Shown here one piece after another: positions 12,867 to 25,076 of a stretch of DNA of 64,000 nucleotides. Origin of the DNA: Massalongia carnosa (lineage: Eukaryota); assembly GCA_965645245.1 (NCBI GenBank), contig OZ287085.1, positions 1,054,001 through 1,118,000 of the forward strand. Reading direction: 5' to 3'. How positions within the stretch are numbered: position 1 is the stretch's first letter; every line of letters begins with the position of its first letter. A program made the translations under genes and the position numbers. The notes beneath the pieces are model-generated. The model had not been told where the DNA came from and searched no databases. It saw nothing but the letters and a program-made list of their open reading frames with translations.

Positions 12867-15363
12867 ATGGCGCGGAGTACAGATGACACTGCTCTCGCAG
12901 TAACTAGTGGAAAATAACTCTTCATACGGCCCCGCTCGCTGAACAGTCAAAGGCGAGCCCCTCGGCGAAGATGAGGTTCGTCGGATGGACGCCTACTTCT
13001 CAGCTAGCCTCTATTTATGTCTCCGCTTGCTTTATCTACGCCAGAATCCTCTCTTGAAGGAGCCTCTTGGAGTTCAACATCTCAAAGCTCGTTGGCTGGG
13101 ACACTGAGGCTCAGATGCAGGTCAAGCTTTCACATGAATTCATATGAATCGATTGATCAAGCAATATGACTTGAACGCCCTTTTCATATCTGGATCTGGA
13201 CATGGCGCTTCTGCTGTGCTCTCTCAGGCCTATCTCGAGGGACTTACTCGTAGGTCTATCCTAATATCACTGAGGATGTAGAGGGCATAGGAAGTTCTTC
13301 AAGCAGCTCTCCTTCCCAGGCAGAGTTGATATTCATGCTACTCCTGAGACTCCAGCAAGTGTGCATGAGGGCGAGGAGCTCGGTTACTCGGTTTTTCATG
13401 CTTTTAGAACTGTGTTCGACGATCCTGATACTATAACGTTGACGATGGTTGAGGATGTTGAAGCGGAGACGAGTTCTCTAGTAATCAGCTGGCACAGCAT
13501 TAAGTATCTCAACTTCATCAACGATAATGCAGCTCTTTCTGTGTTGCATCTCAATGAATAAGATCTATAACCCATCGATCTTGTCAAGGATAAGCCACAA
13601 GGAGTTGGAATGCCTCTTCATCGGGTATGGGTGAACATCATACTTCGTTGAAGGAAGTGATCATGAGATCATGTATCAAGCAATGGCAGCTATCATGAAG
13701 CGTCGCGTCCTCGAGATCCGCAATCATCAAGATCAGTCTCGCATCTCAGGTAAAGCCTTCCGTTCACACTGACCTATGATCATCCTCAGCAGCCCGAAGG
13801 GATGGACCGCACCACGACAAGTTGATGATCACTACCTCGAGGGCTTCTAGCGAGCTCATTGGATTTCAATTATCGATGTGGATACCAATCCAAAGCACCT
13901 CGCTGTACTAGAATAATGGATGCGCAGCTACAAGCCGGAAGAAGTCTTCGATGAAGAGGCACGGCTGATTCCTGAACTGAAGCAACTTGCATCAAGCGGC
14001 ATTCATCGTAAGAGTGCGAATTCTGTCGGCAGTGGTGGTGTACTGCGAAAGGCGTTAGTTAGGTATGCCAGCCGTTCGAGGGTGCAAACTCGATCAAATT
14101 GTGCCTGGAGTTACAGATGACCCAAGCTTGTTCAATATGACAATCTTCTTGCGAGAACTCCTCGAAGCAAATATGCAGAATCTGCGCATATTCGGCCCGG
14201 ACGAGACGGAATGAAACCAGCTTGGAGGGCTGTACAAAGTTTCTAAGAAGGTTTGAATAGGCGATTATATGGACGAGGATGCAGATGGCGGAAATCTAGT
14301 CTTCAGCGGTCGTATCATAAAAAAGCTCAGCGAGTATACAGTTGAAGAATGGCTAGAAGGCTACATCCTGTCAGGCCGCCACGGTCTCCTTCAGACTTAC
14401 GAGTCCTTCGTCCACCTCGTTGACTCTATGATCAACCAACATTGCAAATGACTCGAAAAATGCAACGAAGTCGAATGACAAGCCAAGGTTTCCTTCCTCA
14501 ACATCCTCATAACCGTCACAGTTTGGCGACAGGACCACAACAGCTTTACACATCAAGTTCCTATTTTTCTCAACGTTGTAGCGAACAAGAGTCCGGAAGT
14601 CGTGCGAACCTACCTCCCACCAGATGGTGACTGTCTCCGCAGTACCAACTACATCAACGTCATCGTAGCAGACAAGCAAAACAACCTACCATATCTCTCC
14701 ATGGATGACGCCTTCGCACATTGCACAAAAGGCGTTGGAATATAGGACCAGACATTCAATGATCAAGGCTACTCTCCAGACGTCGTAATGGCAGGATGTG
14801 GCGACGTGTCAACAGTAGAAGCCCTCGCAGCAACGGCTCTACTCCGCGAGCATCTCCCGGATCTCCAAATACGATTTGTCAATGTGGTCGATCTTTTCAA
14901 GCTCATATCCCCAGAACAACATTCCCAGGGCCTTAGCGATGTGCAGTACTCCTCTATCTTCCCATCCGACAAGCCTGTGATCTTCAATTGTCATTCCTAC
15001 CATTGGATGATTCACCGCTTGACATACAAGCGTCCTGGCGCGGGAGCCAACCTACATGTTCATGGGTAGAGGGAGAAAGGAAACCTTGACACCCCGCTGA
15101 AGCTGGCTATTCGCAATGGAACCGATAGGTATGGTCTTGGTATCGAGGTCATTGATCGCATGTTACATATTCAGAGTATGACGGGGAGTGTGAGAGAACG
15201 ATTCGTGAACGAGCAGATCAAGGCTCGGAATCAGGCGTTAGAGGAAAGGATTGATTCGGAGAGTGTGAGGAAGTGGTCTTGGTCGTTTGCAAAGAGGGAG
15301 GAAGGTTTGAGGAACGTGATTGAGGCGGTGAAACATTTAGGAGTCAGCAGTGGAGGTCAGTAG
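12867..15363 (+). pseudogene. xfp: Phosphoketolase pseudogene, copy B
   Basis: Same motifs as copy A plus GRIIKKLSEYTVEEWLEGYILSGRHG and MAGCGDVSTVEALAA. Multiple stops. Confidence 0.9.
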
Positions 15364-16217
15364 CGAAGCATTTAATCTGACAATCGAAATCTGACTTGCT
15401 GATTCAGCCTGAATTGACTTCTATCAGTTAATATGAATGTATATGGTGTGATCTAGGAGAAATGAATTGTATGAAAAAGAGTTCAAGCGCTAATAGAATA
15501 ACATCATGACTCGCATGAGTGATGATAATGATGATTACGACGAAATGAGACAATAATGTGCTGAACGAGCTATGTACGAGAAGATTAGAAAAGACTTCAT
15601 TTCCACTTTAAGCCTAATATAAATCAACACCTTAATTTGTGAACGTGTCTGCCGTACAGCAGTATTCACGATCACAGTCATATGCATAAAACCATTAACA
15701 TGAACGTATTCCAAACTGAAGTGCTGATACGCAATCCGATTTCTTTGAAGATATATACTTGCCGCCTCATGACATTCTGATCACTTGCGATAAAGTACAT
15801 AAATCATCCCCAATCCTATCACAAGCGAGAGTCAGGTTATCAAGCCTCAAAATGCAGTAGATTCTGAACTGCTACAACGGATGAATTCATAATATTGATT
15901 TCAATCAGGAGCAAGAGCGATGCTATTCATCAAAGTTGCCAAAACATGTGCAGGAAAATCATAACTCTAAGCATTGTTGAGAAGCAGCATAAATTCCGCC
16001 TATCATGCAAAATGCGTCTAGCCTGACTAGTCAAATGCGGCTCGAGATACAGCAACATCACATCAGGTTCTGAACATTCGGCGGCTTTTTTCCGAAATGC
16101 TGCTTTCGAGCTGAAAGATGCAGTCGTGAACTATGCAGGGTAGAAGAAGATAATCAATATCGACTATGGTTTCACTCGCTATGGCGGGCTTTATCATGAT
16201 ATGAAGACCTGTCGGTC

Positions 16218-16500
16218 ATGAATGACAACAGGCGTGCAGCGTTCAATGGACACGAAGTTATCCTGAGCATGATCATAGGTGCTAAATTGGTGGAGCTGGA
16301 GGCACAAGCTCAGCACGGGCGGACAGCGTTAATATGGGCAGCGGAACTAGACCACGAAAAGGTGGCGGAGATGTTGCTGGACAAGGGCGCGGAGACGAAA
16401 GTTCGAGGGAGAAGGCTTGACGACTGCCTGCTATTTGGAACAGTTCGAGCACACCGCTTAGGCCTTCTGCTCCTGCGGGCGAGTTCAAAACCCAGGAGCA
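16218..16500 (+). pseudogene. Ankyrin remnant, copy B
   Basis: GRTALIWAAELDHEKVAEMLLDKGAE. Confidence 0.6.
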
Positions 16501-16661
16501 GTCGCGTGCGTCAGCGAGCTCGATCGTTCTGTCACTCATGTTCTGAGCTTTCAGCTTTGGAGAAAAAAAAAAGTAGCATTCTTACGCTGCTTTGTTCACT
16601 AAACGCCTAAACAGTTAAGTTTTAAGAATAATAGGATTTAGTTCTGATTTTATGAATCGCT

Positions 16662-19600
16662 TTAAGATTCCACTGTTAAACTCTCCTTCTGCCACTTATT
16701 GAGAACCTTAAGCGAAGACTCTGTATGAGGATGTTGAGGACCCAATTTGTGTTTTCTTAGCTCAAAACATTCCTTTAGCAGTGAGAGAGCCTCATCATTG
16801 CGGCCTTGAGACTTCCACGTGAATGCAAGGTTGTTCATGCTAGTCAGCGTGGAAGGATGCTCCGTCCCTAGCACCCTCTTTTTCGTCTCCATCACTTGCA
16901 CCCCCAGCTCTTCGGCCTCCGTCCATCGTCCTTGATTCCAATACGTCGACGCAAGGTTGCCCATGCTGATCAGCGTGTGTGGATGCTCCGTCCCTAGCAC
17001 CCTCGCACTCGTCTCCATCACTTGCACCTCTATCTCTTCGGCCTCCATCCATCGTCCTTGATTCCGATACGTCGACGCAAGGTTGCTCATGCTGGTCAGC
17101 GTGGAAGGATGCTCCGTCCCTAGCACCCTCTTTCTCGTCTCCATCACTTGCATCTCCAGCTCTTCGGCCTCCGTCCATCGTCCTTGATTCCAATACGTCG
17201 ACGCAAGGCTGCTCATGCTGGTCAGCGTGGAAGGATGCTCCGTCCCTAGCACCCTCGCACTCGTCTCCATCACTTGCACCCCCAGCTCTTCGGCCTCCAT
17301 CCATCGTCCTTGATTCCGATACATCGACGCAAGGTTGCTCATGCTGGTCAGCGTGTCTGGATGCTCCGTCCCTAGCACCCTCGCACTCGTCTCCATCACT
17401 TGCACCCCCAGCTCTTCGGCCTCCGTCCATCGTCCTTGATTCGAATACGTCAACGCAAGGTTGCCCATGCTCATCAACGTGGCTGGATGCTCCGTCCCTA
17501 GCACCCTCTTTCTCGTCTCCATCACTTGCACCCCCAGCTCTTCGGCCTCCGTCCATCGTCCTTGATTCGAATACGTCAACGCAAGGTTGCCCATGCTCAT
17601 CAGCGTGTCTGGATGCTCCGTCCCTAGCACCCTCTTTCTCGTCTCCATCACTTGCACCTCCAGCTCTTCGGCCTCCGTCCATCGTCCTTGATTCGAATAC
17701 GTCGACGCAAGGTTGCCCATGCTGATCAGCGTGTGTGGATGCTCCGTCCCTAGCACCCTCTTTCTCGTCTCCATCACTTGCACCTCCAGCTCTTCGGCCT
17801 CCGTCCATCGTCCTTGATTCGAATACGTCAACGCAAGGTTGCCCATGCTCTTCAGCGTGTATGTATGCTCCGTGCCTAGCACCCTCGCACTCGTCTCCAT
17901 CACTTGCACCTCCAGCTCTTCGGCCTCCGTCCATCGTCCTTGATTCGAATACGTCAACGCAAGGTTGCTCATGCTGGTCAGCGTGGAAGGATGCTCCGTC
18001 CCTAGCACCCTCGCACTCGTCTCCATCACTTGCACCTGCAGCTTTTCTGCCTCCTTTCGTCGCCCTTCATAGCTGTATGCCATGGCTAGCATAGCCATAC
18101 TATCCAATGTCTTTTCATCCTCTAGACCAAACAATTTTTGCCTGGTTCTTGTTGCTTTTAAGGCCATTGTCGCTGCTTCAAAGTAACTCCCTTTCGCACA
18201 CGCATACCACGCAGCGTGATGTAGTATCAAGGCCCAATCTTGTAATGAGCTTTCGACAGCTGGCTGCTGCGCTACTGCCGACTTTGCGTGAGGAAAAAGT
18301 GCTTGACACTTTGTCCAATTCTCGTAATCTCCGTTCGGAAATACTGTACAGAGATTCTTGATGTACTGCTGCTTCCATCTTTCGAGCTGATTGGATGCTT
18401 CTAGCCACTTTCTGATGGCTAGCTGCACTAGCCCGTGCATCTCAAAGGTAGTTCCATCCATGCTGATGGTGATGAACGAATAGTCTCTCAAGATAAGTAT
18501 GTTGTCTTCAAACTTGTCAACGTTGGAATCGGATACGGTATCCTCATCGCTATCGTCTTCGTGGTCATCATCTTCGTCATCTCCAGCATTTTCTCCCGTA
18601 TTTTCATTCCCTGCCTCATTTTGTGTCTTGAGTAAAGCCTCCGGAATTCCCTGTCGATCGAAAAAGCTCATAAGCGACAGCAGATTAGCCGCCGAAGGCC
18701 TGGTCTTATGAATATGATCAAACGATATTTGCCAGGTTATAATGATCGAGTTTTTAGCCTCACGGTCCCTGCGAAGATGTCCCGCTTCGTGATTCAAAAG
18801 ACTAGTTCTTTTTTTATCATTCTTATGAAACTCATCTATGTACTGTCGTACAGAATATCTTGGTACTCTTAGTCGAATGTATGCAGCCGCTTGAACAATG
18901 GCAAGCGGCATAAATTCAAGTGCTGCTGCTAGCTCAGAAGTATCTTCTCTATCGATCTGTTCTCCCAGCTTCTTTTCAAGAAGCGTTAGCGCATGTGTAT
19001 GATTCATCGGCTCAATCGGTATTATGTCATTTGCTTCCGCTAGCTGCAATGCCACGCTTTTAGTCCGGGAGGTGATGAGAATCGAGCCGTTTCGGCTCTG
19101 AGGTAGATATGCTAACTGTGATTGCATGGATCCGCCGCTAGAGCCGCTGGCCTGCGTCTTCTGGCCCGTAACACAAGTTTCGAAAAGCACAGTAGCTTCG
19201 TCGGCATTGTCGAGGACCAGAGCCCACTTTCCGTTCTTCTCGTCACCTAACCACTTGTCAACTAGCCGGAATATGTCCGCCTTTGGGTCCCCCCTGCCAG
19301 GAATCTTGACTCGCTCTGCAATCTCTCTATAACCTTGCTCGATACGGGCTGCGTTGCTGGCGTGTATCCAGAAAACCCACGTCGCCGGTAACTGCTCTCT
19401 GATTCGATAGCAGTATTCGATGGCGAGCTGCGACTTTCTTTGCGAAAGTAAGCTATTAGAACTAGCCTGAGGCCCTTTGGCTTACCCAACGCCGCCTAGG
19501 CCGACAAGCGCTACCCTTGACGCTGGCGCGGAGCACTTTTCGTGGATCTGATCAAGTAGCTTTCCGCGATCGACGAAATCAGAGTCGCGGCGGAAAGGAA

Positions 19601-19894
19601 CAGTAGATGATGGGCTTGGTGGGGTATCGGGTCTTTCTACAAACGCAGAATGCTATCAGCCTTGGCTCACAGAACACTATATCATTGCGAATGCCGACTT
19701 GCCTGGATATTGAACAATACTGTATATCTGAGAGCCTGATCAGGATTTAGCATAAGATTAATATCGATGTGAACAGGACCCAGACCAATCACTTTCGCAT
19801 GGCCTGAGACGTCTCCGACCACAGCGCCTTGATTGCCAGAAATGGTGCCAAAATCCTTCGCGCCTGTAGAGACTGCTGGCGTGTTGCCGGCCAT
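16662..19894 (-). CDS. Fungal NLR (motif - NB-ARC - TPR), copy B, ~1022 aa, 10 TPR units
   Basis: Same four-exon structure as copy A and an open reading frame. The repeat array differs unit by unit from A. Confidence 0.92.
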
Positions 19895-20237
19895 TGCAGT
19901 GTCAGAAGATTGTAGACATTAGAGCTATAGGCTATATTGAAAAAGACTGAAAACTCTTATCTTTACCGTGCTCAGGACCGCACATAGGTTCGGTTAGAAA
20001 GTCAACGCCCTAGACTTCCCAAAGGCACTGTTCATCTCTAAGTATAAATATAGGTATGGACTCGCCGATGGAGGGCACCCCGCCATCATGCGGGATAGAT
20101 GGCAGATAGAGCTAAGGCTATGCACGTGCTGAAGCGCCTGGTCTCTCCATGCAGGCGCTATCACGATTATCTCGCATAAGTTATAGTGCTAAATTTGAAG
20201 CACGACTCCTCTGTAGTATTGCGATGACAACGCCAGC

Positions 20238-21432
20238 ATGGCCGAACCGTATGGATTAGGCGACCCCCTCTTTGATTCTCCAGAGGCGAATATAGAGTAC
20301 GCACCAGATGTCATTTCTTGTCCGGGTTGCTTTGTACTGACCAAACAGTATTGTCTTCGTCCACGGGTTCGGCGACAGTGAAAACTTGGACATGGGAGGG
20401 TCTAGATAAATCGCTGTTGTGGCCGCAAGATCTCTTATCTCAAGCCCCAACAGCTCGCATCCTTCTTTTGGGTACAATGCGGAATTTGCTCACTTCTATC
20501 CGTTTGTTGGACCGAAATTCATCCCGGAGCATTTGACTATTGATGATCACGCGGCTGCAATGTTCCAGGGCCTAATCGGTCTCCGCGAGAAAACCAAAAC
20601 TATAAGACTCGGTGCACCCCTACCTTTCCACCAGAAATATACTAATAGGATGTCTATGTCCAGGCTGAACGGCCGATTATTTTCGTCTCGCACAGCCTAG
20701 GGGGTCTCGTGTGCGCCAATGCGCTTTCAAGGCACAACGGTACTGACATATCTAGCACTACCCTCGTTGAGAGAACGATTGGAGTCGTCTTCCTAGGAAC
20801 GCCCTTTGAAGGATCGTCAAAAGCAAAATGGGGAAGCAGGGCTCTACAGATACTGGGCTGGATAAGCACCACGCATAAGCAGGATATAAAGGATCTTGAA
20901 GAGCGTTCGGCAAAGCTCATCAGCGTTAACGAAGCTTTCCAGAAATTCCTGAAAGCACAGTTTGTGGAAGTAGCTTGTTTCTTTGAACAGTATGCTATAT
21001 ATAAAGGAGGGACGAAGATAGGATTTATTGTGCTCAAGGAATCGGCTTGCCTGCCTGGTATCGATCCACAGTCAATCCAGGCGAACCATGTTGATATGTG
21101 CAAGTTTGAGGATGAAGATCGAGAGGGATACAAGAGAATTCCACAAAAATTGGCTCAATGGATATCGGATCTTGATAGTCGATCCAAGGGATCTGAAGAG
21201 GATCGCCAGGTCTGACATCTCTTTCGCGCGCTTGAAATCAGCTGAAACCCAACAGAAACATTCGGTTCGTATGGGCGATATTAAATTCAGGGACAAAATC
21301 GATAACAATCGAGGTGTGCTTATGGGTCATGCAAACAGTACGGCCATAGACGGGGTTAGGATAACTGGAAGTAATATCATTGTAAAGATCACCTATCCTT
21401 TCGATAGCGATGTACAAGCTGATAGAGCATAA
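20238..21432 (+). pseudogene. SesB-like alpha/beta-hydrolase with C-terminal candidate amyloid motif, copy B (disrupted)
   Basis: DIVFVHG, IIFVSHSLGGL nucleophile elbow, VFLGTP and ANHVDMCKF. The last exon encodes KHSVRMGDIKFRDKIDNNRGVLMGHANSTAIDGVRITGSNIIVKITYP. A 5-nt deletion leads to TAA at 20407-20409, and the intron donor at 20602 is AT instead of GT. Confidence 0.85.
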
Positions 21433-21659
21433 AGAATAATTATCATGACATTAACCCAAAAGACTCTGTGTAGAGAAATGGCGGAACTACTAGTAAACAT
21501 CATTCTAGGACATTATTCAGGAACATGAAATTATCAACTGACATTTTGACGTCTTTCAAAACAATGTTTTTCTTGCGCAGTCACCAGCTTCGAGTGGAGG
21601 TTGACTCCTTGTGAGAGGGGAAGAGCTCGCATGACAAGAGTTACAGGCTTCAAATATGC

Positions 21660-22158
21660 CGCAGCTAGAGGGGTTCAGTAGTATTTTCTTTGAATTAATT
21701 TCACTGTCCGCCTAATTCTAAAGTGACCCGCATTGGAGTCGTCATGATTCTATCGCAGTAGCGCTTCTCTCAATATGCCTGAAGATACGTATCATTTATT
21801 GTCTCTGCATAAAAGGCCGTCTTCTATGTGTCAAAGGTTTTCTTTGTTCTTATTATCTCCCCGCGATTCTTCTTCGAATGTCAGGATATTGAACTGCGAG
21901 TGACTTTGAACATATTTGTTGATCTTCAGCGTTTCATACAAGCTATTTCTCTTGTGTTGCTCCCACTGTGCCGACGAGACGACAAGATGCCGTCTCTGCT
22001 GCGCGAGTTGATCAGACTCTTGCAGTGTCAGAAAAACGATGCGTAACTCGAGCGGTGAAGTAGTAAAGGCTGAGTCCTTCTCTGAAACTTTCATTAATTT
22101 TTTTAGAGAAATTTGAGACTTCTTCTCGAATGCCTTCACTAGTTGAAACTCTGTAGGC
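21660..22158 (-). mobile_element. Degenerate Gypsy integrase-region fragment carried inside copy B
   Basis: Homologous to ~48810-49280 (REALLRQNHDD...RRTV.LIQRKY). Confidence 0.85.
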
Positions 22159-22410
22159 CAGTGTTCGCAATGGAGTGACTGGATTGGATTGGAGTGGCGC
22201 TCCAATCCAATCCATTAAGTCTAGACCTATATGGATTGGAGTCCATTAAGATTAAACCTTAATGGATTGGACTCCATTAAGGAATATATTTAATGGATGG
22301 AGTGGATCGGAGTCCATGGATCTCCAGTGGAGTAAATCCAGTGGACTCCACTGGATTAAATCCATTTAATTCATTTAATCCATGGACTCCATGGACTCCA
22401 CTGAAGTGCA
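22159..22410. mobile_element. Probable end of a DNA transposon (hAT-like) with subterminal TGGA/TCCA repeats
   Basis: Starts CAGTGTT exactly where copy B stops matching copy C. Dense TGGATTGGA, TGGACTCCA and TCCATTAA repeats in both orientations. Confidence 0.45.
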
Positions 22411-22419
22411 GTGCGTACA

Positions 22420-22908
22420 GTATTTCTTTGATGCTTTTCGAAAGTCTGTGGCCAATGGTTCCAGCTTTTTCCACCAATCAGGGCCTCGAGTATCAATGAT
22501 CTCATCTTCGTCGGGGTTGGATATCTTCAAAAATCGCTTGAGTTGCTCCCATCTTCGAAGATTCATGGCTTGAATCACCATGTCATGTATGGCAAATTTA
22601 GGATACGTGTTCCAATAGTCAGTAAGACGTGGCATCAGTGTATACCCCATATATAACAGAATTCCCAGAAAAGCTCCTACTTCAGAAGAAGAGGTGTCAT
22701 GCCATTGACGTCTCTTGATGTCGTTTAGGGCATACTTCTTTTTCGCTTTAAGATTGGTGTTTTTAGCTATGATTTCAAGCATTTCAAAGCTAAAGAAGAG
22801 GCAGAATAAAATGAAAGGAGTCTGATTTATCAAGCGCAACGTCTCGTCCGGCTGTGGTTTTCGAAATGGGATCGAAATTGGACAATAATTTGATGACGGA
22901 GGGGGCAT
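22420..22908 (-). pseudogene. piggyBac-like transposase N-terminal fragment
   Basis: PFILFCLFFSFEMLEIIAKNTN...EVGAFLGILLYMG...DYWN...MNLRRWEQLKRFLKIS...KKLEPL matches the piggyBac transposase pattern. Truncated before the DDD core. Confidence 0.8.
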
Positions 22909-23477
22909 GGAGTCAATTATGCTTTGTACGCTGGGTTTATTCTTTTTGGCCTGTTCTTTCAGAATTTAGGGGGGCAAAGCGTCTGATTGGTCAGGAACTT
23001 CTATCTCAATGCCCCTCATGATTATTCTAAAGAAATTGTAGATGTTTTAATGATTTTCAACTGATGTTTACCTTCTTATTTACAAAAAAGGGGAGAATAT
23101 TTTGAAGTTCGCGACTCAGCCCTACGGTATCTCACTAAGCCTATTTAAGGTGGCTGCCAAATTGCCACACGAAGGGATATGCGAAAAGCTTCAGATATCG
23201 GCACGACTTCGGCAATTACGAGGAGGCAAAGGTATGCAGCAAGAATGCTACATTTCGGAGGCAATTCAGCTGTTCATGATCACTGAGTGTCTCGGTGTCT
23301 CCGATCAGCAATGAGGTATATTTTGCCCAGCTGAAAAGGTTCAAAGGAAGCAGGTTCATGCATTTGATATAGGCCGAGATGGAGGCCCTCAAGCAGTATA
23401 AAGAGACGGTGATTTCTCATGTAATTTAGCTATTCAGTCGTTCAGAATTCAGTTCAGCAGATAGCTAAATTTGGAGT

Positions 23478-23737
23478 ATCTTCACTGGAAATACGGAGTA
23501 CCTGCATCACGTTTGCCAAGCACTTCTCTTTGCCTATCCTTGATAGCCCTAGACCCTCTTCTCCTGCATCCCGCTGCCGTATGCCTGGTTGATTTTTTGT
23601 TCAACAGCATCTTCAATGGAAATACGAAGTAGCTGTATCACTTTTGTCAAGCACTTCTCTTTGCCTATCCTTGATAGCCCTAGATCCTCTTCTCCTGCAT
23701 TCCGCTGTCGTATGCCTGATTGATTTTATTTCAACAG
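23478..23737. repeat. Two tandem ~130-bp imperfect repeats
   Basis: ATCTTCA.TGGAAATACG...CAAGCACTTCTCTTTGCCTATCCTTGATAGCCCTAGA...TTCAACAG starts at 23478 and again at 23609. Confidence 0.85.
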
Positions 23738-25076
23738 GTTATAAGCCCGGATAGTACTCTATTCAAATCCAGGAGTATTTTTTCACTAGATCTTTTATCT
23801 TCGGGGATATAGCCCGTGTGCTTGTTTGAACTCCTAGCTATCCATTTCGGCACACGAATAGGATGACTTCTTCACCACCAAAATGTCTGCCCTAGAGGAC
23901 AGCCAAGATACCGGAAGTGCCATGAGGGCATGCACCACCCTCGAGGCTAGCAAGGCCTCCTCATCAAAGGACAAGGGCCTAGCGGCTATGACAGCCATTG
24001 ATGGGGGATATCGAGATGGTTAAGGACAGTCCCCCTCCGACTGTCCCCCCCTGTGTAAATCTTTACTAGTAAACAGTCATTTTACTACTCATCCAGGGTG
24101 CGTACAAGCTAGCAGTTACACTACGTATTCCCCCCCGTCCCTCCTCCATACCCTCACCCTCATCCTCACCCTCACCCTCACTTATCATTTGCCCTTCTTG
24201 AACTAGTTCGTGTCAATCTCGTTATATTGCTACTAAGTATGTTTGGGCTATTGCTCACAGCCCCCGGCCTCGAGAGGGGGACTCGATAAGGGCCTTGCTG
24301 TCTACTAATGTAAGACCCTCTCGCAGGCCTTGGGCTGTGAACAGACTCCCTCTATCTAAGCGACAGAAGAACTGGAGTGGGTGGGTGGGAAAGAAAACGT
24401 TGCAAACAGTGCTATCAAAATGCTATGCTTTTTGATTGTCTTGAGATGTGAGATGATGAGGGATACCGTCTGGGACCTCCTCTTTATATATCTTCTTCCT
24501 ATTCTCCTTGTCCTACTCTACCATCCCAGTATGCCCCATCAACGCGGCCCATAGCAAGGCATACACAAATCCGAAACCTAACTGTCGTCCGAAGGATCGA
24601 TGCGGTGCTAAGATCTCTATGCCGTGCTGAGACATCCTTATGGTGCTGAGACATCTATGCCGTCCGAGAGATCCATGCGGTGCCGAAATCAAAGCGGGAG
24701 CTGTCTCGATTAACGACGCACTAGCTCTCAGCATAGCCGAACTAGATAGGTATATGACTATGACTAATCGTGTCAAAGAACTAGTAAGTAATAATGATGG
24801 AAGTGTATGGCAAGACGTAGCTTAGTATAGCACGTGTGAGGTTGAAATCAGGTGATGCTTAGTGGAAACGGCGGGATGATCGCCGCAAATTTCATAAATC
24901 GTACGAGCGGGGTCATACGAGAGGCCAACTATCACCTTTTACATCTGTGCCTGTGGTTCCCGTCCTTGAAAACGCGAACTCAAGGCGTACCGTAAACAAA
25001 GTTGGCCGTTGCTCTTATACTCAACTCAGCTCATTCATTGACGGATACAGATCCTGACAATAAGCCATAGAACGCC

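Larger units (their letters stand above)
12545..22158 (+). repeat. Segmental duplication copy B
   Basis: Direct repeat of ~24747-34435: both start TAGGTATATGACTATGACTAATCGTGTCAA and match as far as GAAACTCTGTAGGC. Inverted repeat of 1-8125. Confidence 0.93.
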
